A stretch of 63,746 bases of DNA, the filler included, from Licmophora abbreviata (lineage: Eukaryota), in NCBI GenBank assembly GCA_900291995.1. It is 17 parts of 17 records of this genome, joined end to end, with 100 filler letters (N's around TTAATTAATTAA, not from the genome) between each part and the next. Parts side by side here need not be neighbours in the genome. Positions count along the whole stretch, not along the records: positions 53,872 to 59,008 come from OLMU01003738.1; positions 59,109 to 62,401 come from OLMU01003742.1; positions 62,502 to 63,746 come from OLMU01003751.1; 14 more parts are not named here. One strand, written 5' to 3'. Below are positions 57,127 to 63,746 of the stretch, in pieces. Below the pieces are notes generated by a model. That model ran no database searches. It worked only from the letters and a program-made list of their open reading frames with translations, and was not told the DNA's origin. The translations under genes and the position numbers were made by a program. Each line of letters opens with the position of its first letter. Position 1 is the first letter of the stretch.

Positions 57127-58785
57127 CTAACTACTTATCTCTTCCAAGCATCGCTCAAACTCTTCTTGCGTTGGAAAGACTTCTTCGTAGAATGCCGCTC
57201 GCTCGCGACGAATCTCCGAAAACGACTTGAGACTCGTCGTCAATTCCGTCTGCAGCGGTGGCTTGCCGATACGCCGCCCTTGAAACACAAAATCTCGAAT
57301 ATTGGTACACACAAACAATAGCCTCTTCCAGAGTCCCTTGGGCGAGGGTCCAAACGACAAGTCGTACAATGCCTTGCCCTCTGGAACTTGGCGATTCGAG
57401 TAGTCCAACAGTGCTTTTCGAAGAGATGCTTCCCTCTTGGAAGTAGTAGTAGTGTCACTGTCATTGCTCGAAGTAGTATCCTGATTGAAATGTTGCGTCA
57501 AACACTCCACCAACACCGCCGCATCGACCAGCGCACTGTTGACACCCTGTCCCGACACTCCACCCGTCGCATGCGCTGCATCTCCACACAAGACCATATT
57601 ATTAGTATGATGATAGACATTGCACTGCACCGAAGAGGCTCTGGACGCTTCTGTTTGGGTCAACTGTTCTGCCATGCTTTGTAGATTACTTCCTTGTAAT
57701 TTCGGAAAGCGTTCGAGTATAGCAGTGGCAGTGGCATTGCAGTCGGTGGTACTGGTGTTGTTGTTAGTGATGGCATTCAATATGGGGTCATCGGCAGTAC
57801 CATCGCTGTTCCCTGCAAACAAGACACAGCTCGTTTGATGAATGGTTGGTTCAATGAATGCTGTCGTGGATCCCATCTTGGGCAACAACAAAGTGACACT
57901 CGTGGGATCCAACAAGGGCGGCGATGCATCCAATCGACACACCTTGAACTCTCCTGGAAGTGTGTGGAGTGTGCATTCAAAGGAAGGAGACTCTTGCGAC
58001 ATTGTCTTGCGAACAATACTATTGACACCATCGCATCCAACAATGAGATCGTAGGGTGGACTGTAGAAGGAATTGTCATCTTGTTGTTGAACAAGTAGTC
58101 GCGGTTGTTGTTTGTGGTTCGTTTCAATCGATGTGATTGCTTGCTGAAATGTAATTTTAAGATTGCTTTTGCGTTGCGTGGATTCCAGTTCATCCAAGAG
58201 TGCCGCACACAAGTCCGTCTGATACAAGAGTACAGATGGTTGTTGGTGTGGAAGATCCTTATTTTCCCTTCTCTTTCGTTTCACTGCCCCATCCCTCAAT
58301 GGAATGGAAATCCCATTCGGCAACATGAGAACAAACCTCTCACTCTCATATCCCCGTTTCTTCACTGCCTCCCATAAGGCATGACTTTGTTGTTGAATAG
58401 CAGTCCGCCCCCGTATGCCCACTCCCAGTGCATACGCTCTGTTACTACTAGTAGTAGTACTTCGTGGATCACTTCGTGCTTCGTACACGTGAACTGCCGC
58501 AGCTCCGTGTTGGAGCAATCCATGTGCCAGTAACAGGCCAGAGGGACCCGCTCCGACAATTGCAATGCGGAGGGTTTCCAGACACGATGAAGAAGAAGCA
58601 GTAGCTAGATGGAGACACCTTGTTGTTGTTGTAGCTCTCGTTCTTTGGACTGGAATCACCAGAAAGGAAGCGTGAACAAAACTTAAAGTAGAAGTAGTTG
58701 ATGTAGTAGTATTCCAGAAGAAGACGAAGAAGAGCAGGCATGCTACTATCGTACTCATTGTTGTTGCTGAAAGAGACGACTTCAT
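57127..58785 (-). CDS. FAD-dependent monooxygenase (kynurenine 3-monooxygenase-like), probably plastid-targeted
   Basis: Signal peptide plus HAS|FLV, VGAGPSG, VYEARSDPR, IVGCDGVNS and GDAAHA...GQGVNSAL. Confidence 0.88.
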   Translation of the reverse strand: MKSSLSATTMSTIVACLLFFVFFWNTTTSTTSTLSFVHASFLVIPVQRTRATTTTRCLHLATASSSSCLETLRIAIVGAGPSGLLLAHGLLQHGAAAVHVYEARSDPRSTTTSSNRAYALGVGIRGRTAIQQQSHALWEAVKKRGYESERFVLMLPNGISIPLRDGAVKRKRRENKDLPHQQPSVLLYQTDLCAALLDELESTQRKSNLKITFQQAITSIETNHKQQPRLLVQQQDDNSFYSPPYDLIVGCDGVNSIVRKTMSQESPSFECTLHTLPGEFKVCRLDASPPLLDPTSVTLLLPKMGSTTAFIEPTIHQTSCVLFAGNSDGTADDPILNAITNNNTSTTDCNATATAILERFPKLQGSNLQSMAEQLTQTEASRASSVQCNVYHHTNNMVLCGDAAHATGGVSGQGVNSALVDAAVLVECLTQHFNQDTTSSNDSDTTTTSKREASLRKALLDYSNRQVPEGKALYDLSFGPSPKGLWKRLLFVCTNIRDFVFQGRRIGKPPLQTELTTSLKSFSEIRRERAAFYEEVFPTQEEFERCLEEISS

Positions 58786-59108
58786 TCCTCGTTCCTCTAC
58801 GTACTAGAGATCCGTCTCTGTTGTTGTCTTAGAATCAATCTCAATCTTCATCGTGGTCGCGTCCGAAACATCAAACATCACATCGCCCGCGCGAGGCATC
58901 CTCCCTTGCTTCGACTCCTTCGACTCAAACAGAAACCGCGGATACAGAAAAAAGGTTCATCCGTTAAGTAGAAGTGACGTTATAGTCTTCTACAGAAGGA
59001 TCGTGTACNNNNNNNNNNNNNNNNNNNNNNNNNNNNNNNNNNNNNNNNNNNNTTAATTAATTAANNNNNNNNNNNNNNNNNNNNNNNNNNNNNNNNNNNN
59101 NNNNNNNN

Positions 59109-59542
59109 GGAACAGCTTACTCACTCTCCTACGTTTCTGCGGTCGGCTTGGCCCAGACTGGCCTCGCATGGTGGTACTTTCTCCCCGTGACGTGCACTTC
59201 GGTTGGACATCCGCAGCAACCCTGGTCAATCTCAATGGCTCCTTTGCCATGCAGCAGTCAGCGAGTGATTCGACTGTCGTGGCAGTCGGCCATGCGTCAG
59301 CCTTGACGGCCACCGCGCTTGGTGTGGGCGTGACATTGGCACAGTCGTCACCCTTCTATGGCTTGACAATCGCATGGGCTTTGGCGGCGTGTGCCGATGG
59401 AATGACGAGGCGTTTGTCGGAAAGCAGCTCGCAGCAGAACCAACGAGAGGCGCTCCAGAAAGGAGCTAGTGTGCAGCGTCTCTTGTGTTGGGCGGGATCG
59501 GCTCTCTGTGCGGGAGCGTCGATTATGACCTTTCTAAAGTAG
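59109..59542 (+). CDS. Membrane protein, 5'-truncated by the gap
   Basis: Hydrophobic segments with HFGWTSAATLVNLN and YGLTIAWAL. The frame upstream of 59168 is unclear. Confidence 0.6.
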
Positions 59543-59852
59543 TAGGACAATACATGATTGAGTAGACTGCATAAGCTTTCACAAATTGAAGTGGTAGGAG
59601 TTTGTCATCGAGTTCAACAGTGTGCTTGACGCTTGCCGCAATGACAACAACAAAGACTGAGGCGATGAGGCCGGAGACCGTCTTATCACACGTTAAGAAG
59701 CCTTCGGCGACGGACGGACGAGCAAGAGTGACATTCAGTCAGGCGGGACTGACTTGGCCCGCGTTTCTGTTTTGGGTTCACTTTTTGTGTGTCGCAGCCG
59801 GCGCTGCGGGCAGTCTCGATTGAGGAGGCTTCTTGGAGTCGTTGAGAGGAGA

Positions 59853-60494
59853 ATGAGAGCCCTATTGATCGTTCTGTTGCTTGCTTTGGTCAGAGAAGGC
59901 GCAAGGGCAAATATTCTCAAAGACAAACTGTTTGGAAAACTCAATAGCCGTATGGACCAATGTTTGACTCCAATCTACCGCCAAGTCGACCACAGCGGCA
60001 ACGGCAAGATTAGCTTTGACGAATGCTACGAGAGTCTGCTCAAATTCAATGCTTTTCTCAATCGGCAAGCCCCCATTCGTCCTCCCACACGAGAAAAAGT
60101 ACGTGAACTTTATGAGCGAGCCGATTTGAATCAAAACAACCGCCTCAACGAGGAAGAATTCAAGGCATTGGCGCTCACACTCGGTGCTCGAGCGGCGACG
60201 CGTGTCTTGGCCTTCAAGACTGTCTCGTTTGTGGCAGCTCCAATATTGGCTAACTCTGCCGTCAATTGGCTCAGTAGCACTACGGCTCTGACGAACGTTA
60301 GACACGGACTCCAACATAGAGCCAAAGCCATGTTTCCGAATGCTGTGTACAAGGAGTTGGTATCAGAAGAGCTATGGAAGACCGTCTTTACCGTATCGGC
60401 AATTATGAATCTGGCGCCAGCTACGTTCATCGTTGTGGATTATTTTTTAGACCAAGACGACAGAAGAGCTTCTCTCAACCCCCAGCTCAAGTGA
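59853..60494 (+). CDS. EF-hand protein with signal peptide and C-terminal hydrophobic segments
   Basis: MRALLIVLLLAL; EF loops DHSGNGKISFDE and DLNQNNRLNEEE. Confidence 0.8.
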   Translation: MRALLIVLLLALVREGARANILKDKLFGKLNSRMDQCLTPIYRQVDHSGNGKISFDECYESLLKFNAFLNRQAPIRPPTREKVRELYERADLNQNNRLNEEEFKALALTLGARAATRVLAFKTVSFVAAPILANSAVNWLSSTTALTNVRHGLQHRAKAMFPNAVYKELVSEELWKTVFTVSAIMNLAPATFIVVDYFLDQDDRRASLNPQLK

Positions 60495-60835
60495 TGATCA
60501 CTGTCGACAATCAGAGAAACGTTGAGGCGTCCAGTCGCCCGTGACAGCGGCTTCTTTTGCACGCCAACAACTACTTGAGGATGTCGTTCGAGGAGGTGTA
60601 GATTTATATCCCGAAGAAGGTATGGCGGCCCTGTTCCAAATGAGAATTAACCCGCATCCCGTACCTCCAACACGGGGTCATCCTCGATCTACGGTGCCGA
60701 CAGATAGTTCCAGTGTTGCAGGGCGCGTTTCTATGAGTACTCTTGCGTAGTAGGTAGTAGATACAACAGACATGGAACCAAAAAGGAACAGATACCGACA
60801 CGTCTAGCCAAACAAGTCTGCTCTAACGAAGCACT

Positions 60836-62161
60836 CTACATGTCTTCAAAAAAGGCATCGGAATCACATAATCGAAACTCTTCTTCACTGACAGGAGTGA
60901 CACCTTTCATCTTGAGCTTGATGTTGTAACGATGCCAATCACCCCTAAAGTGTGTTCGATACTCTGCCGCAGATCCAAACGACCCGCCACAGGTGTTGCA
61001 GCTCTTGGGCTTATCGCCGCCTCCGTTGCTGGTTTCGACGGTCGTCGCGGCGCTAGATATTCCCAAACTCTCTGCCCGTTCTTCTTGTCGTTGTCGCTCG
61101 GCTGTAATACGCGCCTGCCGTTCCACCTCCTCTTCCTTTTCACGTCGCTTGGCCTTTTTACTCTTCTTTTGTGCCTTCTTTTGTGCCTTGCGGGTGGACG
61201 GTGCGGAGAGGTCCAATGATTCGTGGTCCTCAATGTCGTTTGGCAGACTCCCACTGTCTCGATCGTCGTCCCGCAGCGTCGTGTTCTGCAACCGTGTCAC
61301 CAGCAGTGACTCTTCTTCGTCCGCTGTCACAGTGCTTACCCCTCCATTGCTCGTCCTCCCACTGGCAGTTCCCAGCTTGCGACGCTCCAGTTCTTGCTCG
61401 AGATCGACATCTCCCTCTTGCTGCACGACCTGTCTTAGAATCTCCAAGCGCCCGCTGACCTCCTTTGCTAGTTCGTCCAGTGGTCGATACAGACTGGGGT
61501 CGACCAACAGCACGCGTGAACACTCCTCATCCGACTCGTTGCTACTCGACCCAGTCGCTGTTATCCTCAATTCCATCAAGGCTTCCTCGACTCTGTTCTC
61601 ATAATTCTTTAAATAGTACAAGGACAATTCCATCTTGGCTCTTTCAATCAACAAAACTTGCTTGGCTTGCAGCAGTTTCACACACTCTAAATATTGCCGC
61701 TTGACAGATTTGTTGGGATGCACCGCAAACTCGGCCTGCCTCATGGCATTTCGTATCTGCGAGACAGTATAGGGCCTCTGCGAGGCCGGATGGACACAGT
61801 TCTGCGCCACCCACGTGGCCACTTCGCGCTGTACATTTTCCAACTGCTGTTCTCGTTCCTTATCACTGACTTGCATGACCCCCTTTTGTAATATGAGCTT
61901 GGCAATGTCTTCTTCCGTGCTGGAAGGCCCAAATGACGCACTGAGATCTTTGGAATTGGCAAACTGTCCTTTGGAGACATTCGTAAAGACCCGTTCTGTC
62001 TGCAAGACTTCGGACAGATCCGTTTCCAATCCTTGTCGGTAATTGACGACCTTGTTTTTGTAACAGGCAATCTCGAAGCGTTTGCCGTTCTTGTGGAGCC
62101 GCACCACGGCAACGTTGGTCAGTTTGACTTGGTTGATGGGCTGGTTGATTTGACGCGACAT
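60836..62161 (-). CDS. SBDS: Ribosome maturation factor SBDS/Sdo1 with C-terminal C2H2 zinc finger
   Basis: QVKLTNVAVVR, RFEIACYKNKV, VFTNVSKG, RPYT and IERAKM; C-terminal CNTC...HFRGDWHRYN. Confidence 0.95.
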   Translation of the reverse strand: MSRQINQPINQVKLTNVAVVRLHKNGKRFEIACYKNKVVNYRQGLETDLSEVLQTERVFTNVSKGQFANSKDLSASFGPSSTEEDIAKLILQKGVMQVSDKEREQQLENVQREVATWVAQNCVHPASQRPYTVSQIRNAMRQAEFAVHPNKSVKRQYLECVKLLQAKQVLLIERAKMELSLYYLKNYENRVEEALMELRITATGSSSNESDEECSRVLLVDPSLYRPLDELAKEVSGRLEILRQVVQQEGDVDLEQELERRKLGTASGRTSNGGVSTVTADEEESLLVTRLQNTTLRDDDRDSGSLPNDIEDHESLDLSAPSTRKAQKKAQKKSKKAKRREKEEEVERQARITAERQRQEERAESLGISSAATTVETSNGGGDKPKSCNTCGGSFGSAAEYRTHFRGDWHRYNIKLKMKGVTPVSEEEFRLCDSDAFFEDM

Positions 62162-62590
62162 CTTTTTTCGGAAGTTCTTGTTTGCTTCGACTTCTTTACA
62201 AACGATCGGTTACTCTAGACTGCAAAGATAAAAGAGCAAACTGCAAAGAAGAGAGACTGCTGCAGAAGAGAGACTGCTACAGAAGTTGAAGAGCGCAAGG
62301 GAACGGCGATGATGAGCAAACACAAAACACCACACACACTTCGGAAAACAAACTTGGAACGCGGCGCGCCAAAAGTCCAAAACTTGCAAAACTCATGTTT
62401 GNNNNNNNNNNNNNNNNNNNNNNNNNNNNNNNNNNNNNNNNNNNNTTAATTAATTAANNNNNNNNNNNNNNNNNNNNNNNNNNNNNNNNNNNNNNNNNNN
62501 NCACGAGAAGTGAAGTTGGTGAACTCGTGAACAACCTTCACGTTTCCTGTTGCCTTCATTATTGCTCGTTTGTTTCATTGCGGTCGCCCA

Positions 62591-62591
<1 letters not shown>

Positions 62592-62623
<32 letters not shown>
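62592..62623 (+). repeat. (CAA)n microsatellite immediately upstream of ATG 62626
   Basis: About 10 AAC/CAA units directly visible. Confidence 0.9.
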
Positions 62624-62625
62624 CC

Positions 62626-63624
62626 ATGATCAAGAACAAGTTCCGCAATGTCCTCCTTGCGTGCCTCACGGGCTTTTCCGTGTGGACGCCCTCGACTGAT
62701 GGCGTCTGCTGCATCAAGAGCGGCTCCAACGACGACGCAACCGCCGTTGACGTTGCTTGTCCAGGCGGATTGTATCCCGCCGCAAGGACCCCACCCATGG
62801 TCTGCAGCGGCACTTGTGACGACATTGACGTCAATGGGGACGTCACTGGCTTCACCATTACTCCCGCGACGATGTATGAGTTCCTGTGCTGCACCAGCGA
62901 CACTCCAATTACTGAGGGAGTCCCAGTTGCCCCCCAGGATTGTTTTCCTTGCTTTCCGGATCGCGCTGCTGTTAATGATGCCTTTGACGTTGATAAACTC
63001 CCTACTGCCGAAGCTGAAGCAACCTACGGTCCCCTCAAGGATTGGTGCTTTGACACCATGAGTTTCGCCATTCTGTTTGCTAGCAGCTCCTCTTTCAATC
63101 AAGATATTTCTGGTTGGAATGTTGAGAAAGTCACCAACATGAGGAACATGTTTGTTTCCTCCTCTTTCAATCAAGATATTTCTGGTTGGAACGTTGGGGA
63201 AGTCACCGACATGCAAGGCATGTTTGATAGTGCCTCCTCTTTCAATCAAGATATTTCTGGTTGGAACGTTGGGGAAGTCACCGACATGAGGAACATGTTT
63301 ATAGGTGCCTCCTCTTTCAATCAAGATATTTCTGGTTGGAACGTTGAGAAAGTCACCGACATGAGGAACATGTTTATAGGTGCCTTCTCTTTCAATCAAG
63401 ATATTTCTGGTTGGAACGTTGAGAAAGTCACCGACATGAGGAACATGTTTATATTTGCCTCCTCTTTCAATCAAGATCTTTGTGCTTGGGGGCCTCGAAT
63501 GCAGGCAGCACCCATGGTCTCTTTTGTTAGTTCCATGTTTGTTCTCTCAGGCTGCCCCAACAAGAGCGACCCCATTAACCTTGGTAGTGGCACTGTGGAG
63601 CCCTTGTGCAAAGATACATGCTGA
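62626..63624 (+). CDS. DUF285/BspA-like (PARCEL) repeat secreted/surface protein
   Basis: Signal peptide, Cys-rich N-terminus, YGPLKDWCF, 25-aa repeats SSFNQDISGWNV.KVT.M..MF, FNQDLCAWG and SGCP. Confidence 0.9.
   Translation: MIKNKFRNVLLACLTGFSVWTPSTDGVCCIKSGSNDDATAVDVACPGGLYPAARTPPMVCSGTCDDIDVNGDVTGFTITPATMYEFLCCTSDTPITEGVPVAPQDCFPCFPDRAAVNDAFDVDKLPTAEAEATYGPLKDWCFDTMSFAILFASSSSFNQDISGWNVEKVTNMRNMFVSSSFNQDISGWNVGEVTDMQGMFDSASSFNQDISGWNVGEVTDMRNMFIGASSFNQDISGWNVEKVTDMRNMFIGAFSFNQDISGWNVEKVTDMRNMFIFASSFNQDLCAWGPRMQAAPMVSFVSSMFVLSGCPNKSDPINLGSGTVEPLCKDTC
63085..63480 (+). repeat. About five near-identical 72-75-bp coding tandem repeats
   Basis: TCTTTCAATCAAGATATTTCTGGTTGGAA occurs five times, plus a partial sixth copy. 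Confidence 0.95.
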
Positions 63625-63746
63625 ATGCCCTTACTTTGTACGGTATTGGAGTATTGGAGACGTGGTAGGTGGTAGATGGAACGTGCTCGGTGAGCTGTCA
63701 TTTACTTCTCGTCGACAGACGAGCTGGAAGATAGCAAACAGTTTAA

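Noticed and set aside
55386..58785. DHCR7 plus FAD monooxygenase as a sterol biosynthetic cluster
   Set aside because: The monooxygenase looks KMO-like and plastid-targeted rather than like squalene epoxidase, and adjacency alone is insufficient.
60836..61010. Zinc-finger extension on SBDS as a novel fusion
   Set aside because: A C-terminal C2H2 finger is already known in plant and protist SBDS orthologs.
3106..62457. TTAATTAATTAA repeated 16 times as a dispersed repeat, target site or CRISPR-like repeat
   Set aside because: It is always centred in exactly 44+44 Ns and gives stops in all six frames, so it is an artificial contig linker.
63085..63480. Regular 75-bp repeats as a CRISPR array
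   Set aside because: The units are in-frame coding DUF285 repeats with no unique spacers and no cas genes, in a eukaryotic context.
1..63746. tRNA, rRNA, transposase or retroelement
   Set aside because: No cloverleaf or T-loop, rRNA signature, RT, integrase or DDE motif was recognised by eye; a tRNAscan/Rfam/RepeatMasker run could still find small elements.

Overview
This is eukaryotic nuclear genomic DNA of roughly balanced GC, most likely from a diatom. The evidence is GT-AG introns of 73-192 bp, bipartite ASAFAP-type plastid presequences, a DUF6824 gene, diatom-type LRR genes, PS/PT-repeat stalks, RXL motifs and DUF285 repeats. The window is a draft scaffold of 17 contigs joined by 16 artificial 100-bp linkers (N44-TTAATTAATTAA-N44). 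Several linkers cut genes, and several gap flanks overlap each other, twice with substitutions that look allelic. About 30 protein genes are supported. They include a family II pyrophosphatase, Tex/SRBD1, COX20, an ABCG transporter, an SDR, GT31 and GT47 glycosyltransferases, two tandem M43 metalloproteases, a 3xKH protein, a plastid SohB/SppA, a Popeye protein, a double TB2/DP1 protein, a class C GPCR, DHCR7, an FAD monooxygenase, SBDS and a DUF285 protein. The strongest candidate for an undescribed system is a convergent paralog pair at 33267-36988. One gene fuses a secreted 2OG-Fe(II)-dioxygenase-like domain, an RXL site and a Cys-rich module to a Ctr copper transporter; its neighbour has the same ectodomain but a GPI-anchor-type tail. 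Also notable are a class C GPCR with a bacterial RbsB/LsrB-like ectodomain, M43 proteases with Bacteroidetes-like Ig modules, and several single-base frameshifts that are probably sequencing errors. No rRNA, tRNA, CRISPR array or transposase was recognised. All family calls come from motif recognition by eye, not from database searches.
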